The translations under genes and the position numbers were made by a program. From positions 7,410 to 71,409 of the forward strand of contig JAJDTE010000018.1 in the NCBI GenBank assembly GCA_022827325.1: a DNA stretch of 64,000 bases. The letters are read 5' to 3'. Source of the DNA: Gammaproteobacteria bacterium (lineage in GTDB: Bacteria; Pseudomonadota; Gammaproteobacteria; Arenicellales; Poriferihabitantaceae). Positions 1-9,479 of this stretch are shown one piece after another. Every line of letters begins with the position of its first letter. Position 1 is the stretch's first letter. A model generated the notes under the pieces. It made no database searches. It was not told where the DNA came from and saw only the letters and a program-made list of their open reading frames with translations.

Positions 1-597
1 CTTACAAAACTTGCCCAAATCCTGCTGGTCGACCTGGTACTCGCGGGGGACAATGCGATCGTGATCGGCATGGTCGCGGCGAGATTCACCCCTGATTACC
101 GCCGCAAGGTGATTCTCTGGGGAGTCGGCGCGGCGGTTTTCCTGCGGGTGGTGTTCGCCCTGCTCACCGTGCAGCTGCTGGCCATTATCGGCCTCACCCT
201 GGCGGGGGGGCTCCTGCTGCTCTGGGTCTGCTGGAAGCTCTGGCAGGATCTGCGGGCAACCGAAGAGGCGGCCGTGCCCGGCGAACTTGAGGATCAGTCC
301 GGGGCGGAACCGGAAAATCCGCCGCTGCCGTCGGCGATCTTCCAGATCATCGTGGCCGATGTCTCGATGTCACTGGACAATGTCATCGCGGTGGCGGGGG
401 TCGCGGAAGGACACACCGGGCTGCTGGTCATCGGCCTGGCCCTGTCGATCATTTTCATGATGTTCTTCGCCACCTGGATCGCCGACCTGCTGAACAAGCA
501 TCGCTGGATCGGCTACCTCGGTTTGCTGGTCATTCTCTACGTGGCTGTCAAGCTCATTATCGAGGGCGGACTGGATATCGCCACCGTCATGGGCTGA
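1..597 (+). CDS. TerC/YjbE-family integral membrane protein (5' end outside window)
   Basis: The frame is open from nt 1 (LTKLAQILLVDLVLAGDNAIVIG...). Two TerC-type membrane motifs are present (LAGDNAIVIG and SLDNVIAVAG), with several hydrophobic helices. Stop at 595-597. Confidence 0.8.
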   Translation, partial: LTKLAQILLVDLVLAGDNAIVIGMVAARFTPDYRRKVILWGVGAAVFLRVVFALLTVQLLAIIGLTLAGGLLLLWVCWKLWQDLRATEEAAVPGELEDQSGAEPENPPLPSAIFQIIVADVSMSLDNVIAVAGVAEGHTGLLVIGLALSIIFMMFFATWIADLLNKHRWIGYLGLLVILYVAVKLIIEGGLDIATVMG

Positions 598-938
598 ACC
601 GCACCGCCCTACCCGGATCCGGGGTAGGGTTTGGCGGTCAAACTACAGTACAATGATCGCCCCCGGGGATGACCCGGATGAAGGGGATTCTCCCGCGGGA
701 CTGGCCGGACCTCGCATGTCGCCGAGGCCTTGGCCGCATACCAGTACCAAGATCATGTGACCCGGTGAAACCGAGGAATCCGCATACATCATGTCTGGCC
801 CGCTTCCGGGGACGGTTCCCTTTTTGCGTGAAAATGACGGGAACATCGTCACTGCGGGAATGTAAGCAGACCGGTGCCAGAAGCCGTGGGGTGCACCTGC
901 TGTACCGGGCTGTCCCGTATCCGACGGACACCGGCATC

Positions 939-2363
939 ATGAAACGGCTGCTGCTCCTGGTGCCCGCCGTTCTCCTTGCCGTCTGCCCGCTTGTACTATC
1001 CTCGGCCCGGGGTTCGGACACCGCCGAACTGGAGACGCTGCTTGGCGACGGCCGGCTGGACCAGGCAGAGGAACGTGTCGACGCCCTGCTGGCGGAGGCT
1101 CCCGGTGATCCCTCCCTGCTGTTCACCCGGGCGCTCATCGCCGAGCGCAGGGGAGAACATGGGAAGGCGGCTGAAATCTACGGGATGCTGATCCGCGACC
1201 ATCCGACCCTGATGGCGCCGTACAACAACCTTGCGGTTCACCATGCAAGGGAGGGTGACTACGAAGCTGCCGCAAGGATCCTGGAAGAGGCGCTCGGATC
1301 CAACCCGGAGGTTGCCACGGCATACGACAATCTCACCGCGGTCTACGGGCAACTGGCGGGCGCCGCCTACCGCAAGGCCCTGAATGCCACGACTCCCCTG
1401 CCTCCCCCGGAACTCGCCACCCTGGGTCGGATCGACTCGCTGCCCGTAGCGCCGGGAGACCGGAAGCCGGCCCCGGAAGAGCAGGCAATGGAATACGTTG
1501 ACAGCGCACCACGGGGGGAATCCCCCGAGGAGACCCGGAAAGGGGGAGTCGTACTTGCTCCCGAGGAGCCCGTCGCCATCGCCGGAGCCGGCACGGATCC
1601 GCAGCCCACCGAACCCGCTGAATCCGGACTGCAGGATCCACCGGAAACCGGTGAGGAGATGAAGCGCGACATTCTCACCGCCATCCGGACCCATCTCGAG
1701 GACCTGGACCTGGCGTCAAGGGAACAGCTGCTGGTACAGGAACAGCATCTAGAGAACACCATGGAGCGGTTGGAAAAACTCGAGCTTCGCCTGCGCGAAC
1801 TGGAAGAGTCGATGTCGGAGGCGGGATCAGAAGGGTCGGCCGAATCCACCGTGACCGGGCAACAGGACCCGGCGGAACTCCCCTCGCCCGCTACGGATGA
1901 GAAGACACCCACACGGGAAACGGAAACCGTTGCCGGTTCTTCGGCGCAGGGTGCGGCGCCCTCCGTGGCGGTGGCCTCCACAGGCCCCGCTGCCACACCC
2001 AAAGAGCCCGCCGGGGATTCCAGCCAGTGGGATCAGGTGCTGATTGGACGGATTACGGACTGGGCCGAAGCGTGGTCGAGCCGTGACGCGGAGCGTTACC
2101 TGTCACACTACTCGGACCAGTTCGTGCCGCCGAACGGCATGGGTATAGACGAATGGCAAACCCGGCTTCACGAACACCTGGGCACAGATCCCCCGGCCAT
2201 GGAGGTAACCGTGGACGGATTCAGCATACAGCCTGACGGCGACACTGCGACGGTGCGCTTTTCCAGGCACCTCGGGTCTGGACCCCCGGAAGAAACGTCC
2301 CTGATCACGCTGGTGATGAGGAACGAGCACGGGGACTGGCGGATCGTCCGGGAACTGAACTGA
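939..2363 (+). CDS. Secreted TPR-repeat protein with C-terminal NTF2/SnoaL-like (Cds6-type) module
   Basis: ATG 939 gives a signal peptide (MKRLLLLVPAVLLAVCPLVLSSARG). The upstream part of ORF 669 does not look like protein. TPR-like helices are present (GEHGKAAEIYGMLIRDHP, EGDYEAAARILEEAL), followed by a Pro/Glu-rich linker. The C-terminal module (WAEAWSSRDAERYLSHYSDQF...GDWRIVRE) is paralogous to the C-terminus of the next gene. Confidence 0.75.
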   Translation: MKRLLLLVPAVLLAVCPLVLSSARGSDTAELETLLGDGRLDQAEERVDALLAEAPGDPSLLFTRALIAERRGEHGKAAEIYGMLIRDHPTLMAPYNNLAVHHAREGDYEAAARILEEALGSNPEVATAYDNLTAVYGQLAGAAYRKALNATTPLPPPELATLGRIDSLPVAPGDRKPAPEEQAMEYVDSAPRGESPEETRKGGVVLAPEEPVAIAGAGTDPQPTEPAESGLQDPPETGEEMKRDILTAIRTHLEDLDLASREQLLVQEQHLENTMERLEKLELRLRELEESMSEAGSEGSAESTVTGQQDPAELPSPATDEKTPTRETETVAGSSAQGAAPSVAVASTGPAATPKEPAGDSSQWDQVLIGRITDWAEAWSSRDAERYLSHYSDQFVPPNGMGIDEWQTRLHEHLGTDPPAMEVTVDGFSIQPDGDTATVRFSRHLGSGPPEETSLITLVMRNEHGDWRIVRELN

Positions 2364-2380
2364 TCGGGGTATCCGGGAAC

Positions 2381-3601
2381 ATGTTCACCAATTCAGACAA
2401 TTCACTTTCGCGGCGCATTCGCCTCTGGTTTCGCACCGCATCCCTTGCCGGGATCTGCTCCCTTGGCGCGCTGCCGCTAACTTCCTGGGCCGCCGGTGAG
2501 GACTACGAAACCCGGGTAATGCGCACTGTCGACGCCATCGTCGAATCCGACCTTTCAGCTTCCCTCTCCAGTCTGGAAGCGCTGGTCAGGCAATACCCCA
2601 ACAGCAAACTCGGCCATCTTCTGTTGGGAGACCTGCTTGCGGCCCGGGCGGGGGCACCCGATCTCATTTCGCGATTCTCCGATGACCGTCACCAGCTGGA
2701 TGGCCTGCGCGATGAACTCTCCTCCCGCTGGATGCAGGTCAACGGGCAGACTCCGGCAGCCAGGGGAATGATCCCGGACGACCTGATTCTCTCCACCCCC
2801 GAGGAGCGGTACATCCTGGTGGCGGATGCCAGCCATGCCCGTCTGTATGTGTATGAGAACACGGGCACGGACTACCGGCTGGCTGAAGACTTCTACATGA
2901 CTATCGGCAGGGAGGGCATGGTGAAGAACGTGGAAGGTGATCTGCGCACACCGGAAGGCGTGTATTTTGTCACCGCCTACCTGCCCGGCGAGAATCTGCC
3001 CCCAAGGTACGGCCCGGGCGCCTTCCCGATCAATTACCCCAATGAATACGACCGCCAACTCCAGCGTACGGGCTACGGAATCTGGATTCATGGCACGGAA
3101 CCGGAATTCATCAATAAGGTCCCCCTTGCCAGCGACGGCTGCCTCTCCCTCAGCAACACGGAATTCACCCGTATCCGGCGCTACATCTCCACGGATGGTA
3201 CAACCCCGGTCATCATCTCAAGGACATTCAACTGGATTGATCCTGCCACCCTGAAATCCCGCAAATCGTCGGCGTTGGAGCTGCTCGGCCAATGGGAGCG
3301 GGACTGGGAAAGCCTGGATACCGAACAATACCTGGAGCATTATTCCCGCACGGACCTCCAGAACTATGACGAGTTTGCCGACCAGAAAAGACAGACGAAC
3401 CGGAACAAGGAATTTGTTGAGCTGGAACTCAGCGACTTGAGCATTTACGGCTATCCGGGCGACGAGAAAATGCTGCTTGTCTCCTTCACCCAGGACTACC
3501 GCAGCGACAACTACCACAGCGTGATGCGGAAACGCCAATATTGGGTGAACCGGGACAACCACTGGCAGATCATCAACGAAAGCAGGACTGACGGCCCGTA
3601 A
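2381..3601 (+). CDS. L,D-transpeptidase (YkuD domain) with C-terminal NTF2-like module
   Basis: Signal peptide present. YkuD catalytic core GIWIHGT...ASDGCLSLSN. C-terminal module WERDWESLDTEQYLEHYS...HWQIINE. Confidence 0.85.
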   Translation: MFTNSDNSLSRRIRLWFRTASLAGICSLGALPLTSWAAGEDYETRVMRTVDAIVESDLSASLSSLEALVRQYPNSKLGHLLLGDLLAARAGAPDLISRFSDDRHQLDGLRDELSSRWMQVNGQTPAARGMIPDDLILSTPEERYILVADASHARLYVYENTGTDYRLAEDFYMTIGREGMVKNVEGDLRTPEGVYFVTAYLPGENLPPRYGPGAFPINYPNEYDRQLQRTGYGIWIHGTEPEFINKVPLASDGCLSLSNTEFTRIRRYISTDGTTPVIISRTFNWIDPATLKSRKSSALELLGQWERDWESLDTEQYLEHYSRTDLQNYDEFADQKRQTNRNKEFVELELSDLSIYGYPGDEKMLLVSFTQDYRSDNYHSVMRKRQYWVNRDNHWQIINESRTDGP

Positions 3602-3874
3602 CCGGAACCCGCAATGAGCAGCTGGACGAACACCGCGGCCAGGGAATTCCTGCGGCCATACTACTACTGCCCGGGAATTGCAGATCGGCTGTCCGTTGAT
3701 CGGTCGGGAGATGTTGCCTGGATTCCGCTGCAATTTGGATTTGCGCCAAAAACCCTGGGGCAATACAGGGCGGAAATCTGCGAACTGCGTGGTTCGGACG
3801 TGATACGGTGACCCGGGGCCCGATGACTCCCCTTTGGCAATGACTCTTCCATTGATTTCTTTCCTTCAGAACGA

Positions 3875-6800
3875 ATGGTGAAACCCCTCCTTCGACCCGG
3901 TCTTTATGAAGATCTGCTGACCACGGCGATGGAGGCAGAAATTACCGCCCTGGACAGGGAGGACTGGGAAATCCTGAAAGAACCTGCGGATACATCCGCA
4001 CGCCCCGAATTCCTTGCGCGCCACGTCTATGCCCTTGTTCGACGCGCCCTGGAGGATGTCCCGGGAGAAGGAACCTCACAGATCGGCGCCCAGGTCGCAC
4101 TCGTGAATCGGCTGGTGGCGACTCTCGTGGAACATGGGGCATCGGTTGACGAATGCATTGCTGAAGCCGCAGAACTGCTTCTCGAGGTGATCGAGCGACC
4201 CGGCTTGGGCAAGGCACCCTTCCCCCGCCCTACCCTCTCCCTCCGCCGGACCGGGTTACTCGTCAATGGAAGGCGGGATGTCCAGATTGCCAGCGAGATA
4301 TCGAAAGAGATTCCGAGCGCCGACCGGATCGATCTCCTGTGCGCGTTTGTTCGCTATTCCGGTCTGCGCCTGTTCCTGTCCGAACTGGGGGCAAGGATCA
4401 GGGACGGGGCGCAGGTGCGGGTTATCGCCAGCGTATACACCGGGTCCACTGAAAGGCGTGCACTTGACAAGCTTGTCGACCTCGGTGCCCAGGTTAAGGT
4501 TTCCTACGATGTCGCCAGGACTCGACTGCATGCCAAGGCATGGCTGTTTCACCGTGACAGCGGCCTGCATACCGCCTATATCGGTTCGTCCAATCTCACG
4601 CATACGGCACAGGTCGACGGGCTTGAATGGAACGTGCGTGTGAGCGCAATCGAGAACGCGGAGGTAATCGACCGCTTCGAGGCGACGTTCGAGCAGTACT
4701 GGCAAGAACCCGAATTCGAGGAATATGAACCCGAACGTGATGCCGATCGTCTCGACCGCGCGCTGACGAAACAGGGTCAGGGGGTTGCTCCCGGGAGAAG
4801 TCCCGTGCCTACGTTACTGGTCGATGTCTTTCCGAAACCCCACCAGGCTGTCGCCCTGGAGGCGCTTGATTCCGAGCGCAGCCGGGGGCACTGCCGCAAT
4901 CTCGTTGTGTCAGCGACCGGCACCGGCAAGACCTGGATCGCGGCATTTGACTTCAAGCAGCTTCGTCTCCAGGGATTGGGGGGTTCCATGCTCTTCATCG
5001 CGCATCGTGAAGAGATCCTTCTCCAGAGCCAGCAGATCTTCCAACTCGTATTGCGCAAGCAGGATTTCGGTGAGCGCCTGGTCGGCGGCGAACGCCCGAG
5101 CACGGGCCGCTATGTGTTCGCCTCGGTGCAGTCCCTTGCCAATCGCATCGGGGAGATCCGGCCCGACGAATTCCAGGTGGTCATCGTCGATGAATTTCAC
5201 CATGCTGCGGCCGCAAGCTATGACCGGATCCTGTCGCACCTGAATCCAGACATCCTCCTCGGGCTGACCGCCACGCCCGAACGTACCGACGGCAAATCAG
5301 TGCTGGACTGGTTTGACGGGCGCATTGCCTATGAATCCCGGTTGTGGGATGCCCTGGAACAGGGGCTGCTCTGTCCATTTCACTATTTCGGGGTGAATGA
5401 CGGGACGGATCTTTCGGCAGTAAAGTGGGACGGGAAGTATGCTTCGGGAGAACTGGACAACGTCCTGACCGGCAACCACGCCCGAGCCACACGTATCCGC
5501 CAGGCCGTTGAGAATCTGGTGACCGACCCGCACCAGATGCGCGCCCTGGGTTTCTGTGCCGGGGTCAAACATGCGCACTTCATGGCGGGAGAATTCCGGC
5601 GTTTCGGATATCCTGCCGTAGCGCTGGACGCCAATTCCCCGAGAGACCAACGTCACGCGGCCCTGAACGAGTTGCGACGGGGGGAGATCCGGGCCATTTT
5701 CGCGGTGGACCTGTTCAACGAAGGTGTCGACCTGCCTGAAGTCGACACCGTGCTCATGCTGCGGCCTACCGAGAGTGCCACCGTGTTCCTGCAACAACTC
5801 GGCAGGGGCCTGCGATGGGCCGATGGGAAACGGGTACTGACCGTGCTTGATTTCGTGGGCCAGGTACGGCGTGAATACCGTTACGACACGAGATATCGGG
5901 CCCTTCTGGGCGGAACCCGCCATCAGGTCCAGAAAGCCGTTGAGGCAGACTTCCCTCTCCTGCCTCCAGGATGCGCCCTCAAGCTGGACCGAATTGCGAA
6001 GGAAACGGTACTGCAGAACCTGAAGCAGGCCGTACAAAATGCCCGCACACATCTGGTCGGGGAATTGCGTGGTTGCGACTCCGATATCCGACTGGCCGAA
6101 TTCATGCACGAGGCAGACCTTGAGCTTGAGGACATCTACGCCCGGCCCCAATCGGGTCACTGTTTCTCCGAACTTCGTCAAAGGGCCGGGTTCTGGCAGG
6201 AAGCCGACCGGCAACCCGAAAAGGATCCCTTGCAACGCGCCATCGGCCGGATGCTCCATGTGGATGATCCGGAGAGGATCGATCTTTGGAAATCCATACT
6301 CCTGACAGATCATCCCAACCCAATCTCCAGTCTCCGGGGACGCGACTATCGGCTGGGTCTTATGTTGTTTGCCATCCTCGGGGGGCGTGGTCAGCCGGTT
6401 GCCGAAGCCGACCAGGTCATCAACAGCGTTCAAGAATCCGCAGAACTGCTTCGGGAAATCTGCGATCTGCTGGAAATCCTGTCCGACCGTATCCGAACTT
6501 TTCCGCAACCACTGGATGGTGCCGGCGAAATTCCCCTTTCAAGCCACGCTACCTATACCCTAGGTGAGATCACAGCGGCGTACCAGCGTACCGGGAGACA
6601 GGGTGCACTTTTTTTGCCCCCAACCGGGATCCTCTGGAATGAGCCGACGAAGACCGATCTCCTGTTCGTCACCCTGGAGAAATCGGACAAGGACTACTCC
6701 CCTACGACACGCTACGCCGACTACCCGATCTCTCCGGACCTGTTCCACTGGGAATCGCAGAACAGCGCATCACCGGATACGCCCACTGGCCACCGGTATA

Positions 6801-7006
6801 TTACTCAGCCCATCCATGGCACGAATGTCGTCCTGTTCGTGCGCGAGCGGAAAAAGGACGGCAGAGGCGAAACCGCTCCCTACCACTGCCTCGGGCGTGC
6901 CCACTACCAAAGCCACGAGTCGGCACGGCCCATGAAGATCCTATGGAAACTGGAACGCTCCATGCCGGGAGGGCTGTACCAGGCCGGAAAGGTGGTAGCG
7001 GGTTGA
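3875..7006 (+). CDS. PLD(HKD)-nuclease / SF2 (ResIII-type) helicase / DUF3427 fusion protein
   Basis: HKD motif RLHAKAWLF...YIGSSNLT. Helicase motifs I VSATGTGKT, II VIVDEFHH, III LGLTATPER and VI QQLGRGLR. The C-terminus (LFHWESQ..., NVVLFVRERKKDG, YHCLGRA, PMKILWKLERSMP) matches my memory of DUF3427. Confidence 0.85.
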   Translation: MVKPLLRPGLYEDLLTTAMEAEITALDREDWEILKEPADTSARPEFLARHVYALVRRALEDVPGEGTSQIGAQVALVNRLVATLVEHGASVDECIAEAAELLLEVIERPGLGKAPFPRPTLSLRRTGLLVNGRRDVQIASEISKEIPSADRIDLLCAFVRYSGLRLFLSELGARIRDGAQVRVIASVYTGSTERRALDKLVDLGAQVKVSYDVARTRLHAKAWLFHRDSGLHTAYIGSSNLTHTAQVDGLEWNVRVSAIENAEVIDRFEATFEQYWQEPEFEEYEPERDADRLDRALTKQGQGVAPGRSPVPTLLVDVFPKPHQAVALEALDSERSRGHCRNLVVSATGTGKTWIAAFDFKQLRLQGLGGSMLFIAHREEILLQSQQIFQLVLRKQDFGERLVGGERPSTGRYVFASVQSLANRIGEIRPDEFQVVIVDEFHHAAAASYDRILSHLNPDILLGLTATPERTDGKSVLDWFDGRIAYESRLWDALEQGLLCPFHYFGVNDGTDLSAVKWDGKYASGELDNVLTGNHARATRIRQAVENLVTDPHQMRALGFCAGVKHAHFMAGEFRRFGYPAVALDANSPRDQRHAALNELRRGEIRAIFAVDLFNEGVDLPEVDTVLMLRPTESATVFLQQLGRGLRWADGKRVLTVLDFVGQVRREYRYDTRYRALLGGTRHQVQKAVEADFPLLPPGCALKLDRIAKETVLQNLKQAVQNARTHLVGELRGCDSDIRLAEFMHEADLELEDIYARPQSGHCFSELRQRAGFWQEADRQPEKDPLQRAIGRMLHVDDPERIDLWKSILLTDHPNPISSLRGRDYRLGLMLFAILGGRGQPVAEADQVINSVQESAELLREICDLLEILSDRIRTFPQPLDGAGEIPLSSHATYTLGEITAAYQRTGRQGALFLPPTGILWNEPTKTDLLFVTLEKSDKDYSPTTRYADYPISPDLFHWESQNSASPDTPTGHRYITQPIHGTNVVLFVRERKKDGRGETAPYHCLGRAHYQSHESARPMKILWKLERSMPGGLYQAGKVVAG

Positions 7007-7024
7007 ACCGACCCCGATGATCTT

Positions 7025-7045
7025 CCGGGGGAACATGGCCCCCGG
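7025..7045. terminator. GC hairpin between convergent helicase and fba genes
   Basis: ccggggg-aacatgg-cccccgg, a 7-bp stem lying between the stops at 7006 and 7098. There is no clear U-tract. Confidence 0.35.
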
Positions 7046-7097
7046 ACCCGAGGCGAATCCCGGTGATCTACGGGCCTTCGCCCGAACAAGCGCAGGT

Positions 7098-8162
7098 TCA
7101 GTGAATCTTGGGATCCAGTTCCCCTGACTCGTACCGCCTGGTCATCGCTTCCAGGTTGACGGGAGCGATCCTGGAAGCGTTGCCGGCAGTGCCGAAGGCC
7201 TCGTAGCGCTCGATGCAGATCACCTTCATTGCCTGGGTCGCCGCCTTCAGGTATTTCCTCGGGTCGAACACGGAGGGATTTTCCGCCAGGAACTTCCGGG
7301 TGGCGCCGGTGGATGCCATGCGAAGGTCCGTATCGATGTTCACCTTTCTCACCCCATGGCGGATTCCCTCGGCAATCTCCTCGACGGGCACGCCGTAGGT
7401 CTCTCCCATATCGCCGCCGTATTCGTTGATCGTGGACAGCCAGTCCTGGGGAACCGAGGAGGAGCCGTGCATGACCAAGTGGGTATCGGGGATGCGTGCG
7501 TGGATTTCCTTGATCCGGTCGATGGCGAGTATGTCCCCCGTCGGGTGGCGGGTGAACTTGTAGGCGCCATGGGAGGTCCCGATGGCGATGGCCAGTGCGT
7601 CGACACTGGTTTTGCTGACGAAGTCGGCAGCCTCCTCCGGGTCGGTCAGGAGCTGTGAATGGTCCAGGGCCCCTTCCGCACCGATGCCGTCCTCCTCGCC
7701 GGCCATGCCGGTTTCCAAGGATCCCAGGCAACCGAGCTCGCCCTCCACGGAAACACCGCAGGCATGCGCCATGTCCACCGCACGGCGGGTGACGTCCACG
7801 TTGTACTCATAGCTGGCGGGGGTCTTGCCGTCCTCCTCGAGCGAGCCGTCCATCATGACGGAGGTGAACCCCAGTTGGATGGAGCGCTGGCAGACGGCGG
7901 GAGAGGTGCCGTGGTCCTGGTGCACCACGATGGGGATGTGCGGGTACTGTTCCGCGGCCGCCTGGATCAGGTGGCGCAGGAAGGGGGCGCCGGCATAACT
8001 GCGCGCACCGGCGGAGGCCTGGACGATCACCGGTGAATCGGTCTCGTCGGCGGCCTCCATGATCGCCTGCATCTGTTCCATGTTGTTGACGTTGAATGCC
8101 GGACAGCCATACTGGCGTTCCGCTGCATGATCGAGCAGTTGCCGCAAGGAGATGATTGCCAT
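7098..8162 (-). CDS. fba: Fructose-1,6-bisphosphate aldolase, class II
   Basis: [30 protein letters not shown]..., with VHQDHG and LVMHGSS metal-binding motifs. Length 354 aa. Confidence 0.95.
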   Translation of the reverse strand: MAIISLRQLLDHAAERQYGCPAFNVNNMEQMQAIMEAADETDSPVIVQASAGARSYAGAPFLRHLIQAAAEQYPHIPIVVHQDHGTSPAVCQRSIQLGFTSVMMDGSLEEDGKTPASYEYNVDVTRRAVDMAHACGVSVEGELGCLGSLETGMAGEEDGIGAEGALDHSQLLTDPEEAADFVSKTSVDALAIAIGTSHGAYKFTRHPTGDILAIDRIKEIHARIPDTHLVMHGSSSVPQDWLSTINEYGGDMGETYGVPVEEIAEGIRHGVRKVNIDTDLRMASTGATRKFLAENPSVFDPRKYLKAATQAMKVICIERYEAFGTAGNASRIAPVNLEAMTRRYESGELDPKIH

Positions 8163-8260
8163 GTTGAATACCTCTTCGTTGAAATCAAAACCTGGATTGG
8201 GATGCCGGTCCGGCGGTCCGGGTCTGTGCCCGAATCCGGTCTGAGTCCGGCTGAATTATA

Positions 8261-9457
8261 TCATTCGCCATTTTCCTGTTCCCGATCACGGGATTCGAGT
8301 ACCGCCACGGCGGGCAGAGTACGCCCTTCCAGGAACTCAAGGAACGCGCCGCCGCCGGTCGATATGTAGGAAATTCCGCCGGACAGGCCGAACCGGTCCA
8401 CCGCCGCGAGCGTATCGCCGCCGCCGGCAATGGAAAACCCCCCGGAGGCCGAGATCGCCTCACCGAGCACCCGCGTACCTTCGCTGAACGCCTCGTATTC
8501 GAAGACGCCCACCGGTCCGTTCCAGACGATGGTCCCGGCGGACCGCATAATCTCGGCATAAAGCCCGGCGGTCCGGGGACCCACATCGAGGATCATCTCG
8601 TCAGGCCCAACGGCATCGGCCTCGCGGACGGCCGCCTCGGTATCGGCGCTGAACGCCCTGCCGGTCACCACGTCCACGGGCAGCGGTATCTCCACCCCCC
8701 GGGAACGCGCACGTTCCAGCACGGACCCCGCTTCATCAAGGAGGTCGGGCTCGTACAGCGACCTGCCCACGGAACATCCCGCGGCCGCGAGAAAGGTGTT
8801 GGCGATGCCTCCTCCCGGCACCAGGACGTCCACCTTGCCGCACAGGCTGTTCAGCAGGGTCAGCTTGGTGGACACCTTCGCACCGCCGACAATTGCCACC
8901 GTGGGTGGCCTCGGATCCGTCAGTGCCCTGCCCAGCGCCTCCAGTTCCTTCAGCAGCAGCGGTCCGGCGCAAGCCCGGGGGGCGAATCTGGCCACGCCGT
9001 GGGTGGAGGCCTGGGCGCGGTGCGCGGTGCCGAAGGCGTCCATCACGAAGACATCGCACAGCGAAGCGTAACGGCGCGCGAGGGATTCGTCGTCCGACTT
9101 CTCGCCCCTGTTGAAGCGGACATTCTCCAGCAGCACCAGGTCCCCGGGATTGCAGATGACGGGGTTCTCCAGGTACCCGGTCTCCAGGTGAACCGTCCGC
9201 CCAAGCAGTCCGGACAGATGCTCGGCCACCGGGGCCAGGCTGAATCCGGTATCCGGGCTTCCCTCCTCGGGTCGTCCCAGGTGGGACATCAGCATCACCC
9301 CGGCGCCTGCTTCCAGCGCCGCGGTGACGGTGGGCAGGGACGCACGGATCCGCTGGTCCGAGGTGACCCGGCCCGCGGAGACGGGCACGTTCAGGTCCTG
9401 CCGGATCAGCACCCGCTGACCCGCCAGGGACAGATCGCGCATCCTGGGCACTGCCAT
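8261..9457 (-). CDS. pgk: Phosphoglycerate kinase
   Basis: [23 protein letters not shown] and [12 protein letters not shown] motifs. Length 398 aa. Confidence 0.95.
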   Translation of the reverse strand: MAVPRMRDLSLAGQRVLIRQDLNVPVSAGRVTSDQRIRASLPTVTAALEAGAGVMLMSHLGRPEEGSPDTGFSLAPVAEHLSGLLGRTVHLETGYLENPVICNPGDLVLLENVRFNRGEKSDDESLARRYASLCDVFVMDAFGTAHRAQASTHGVARFAPRACAGPLLLKELEALGRALTDPRPPTVAIVGGAKVSTKLTLLNSLCGKVDVLVPGGGIANTFLAAAGCSVGRSLYEPDLLDEAGSVLERARSRGVEIPLPVDVVTGRAFSADTEAAVREADAVGPDEMILDVGPRTAGLYAEIMRSAGTIVWNGPVGVFEYEAFSEGTRVLGEAISASGGFSIAGGGDTLAAVDRFGLSGGISYISTGGGAFLEFLEGRTLPAVAVLESRDREQENGE

Positions 9458-9479
9458 CGTCCGCCGCCGGGTTGGCCTG

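Noticed and set aside
669-938. A 90-codon N-terminal extension of the TPR protein ORF.
   Set aside because: The extension is not protein-like (MTRMKGILPRDWPDLACRRGLGRIPVPRSC...). ATG 939 gives a clean signal peptide.
3614-3811. A 65-aa ORF upstream of the PLD-helicase gene, considered as a possible partner gene.
   Set aside because: It has no Shine-Dalgarno sequence, no recognisable fold or motif, and odd composition. I treat it as non-coding unless homologues are found.
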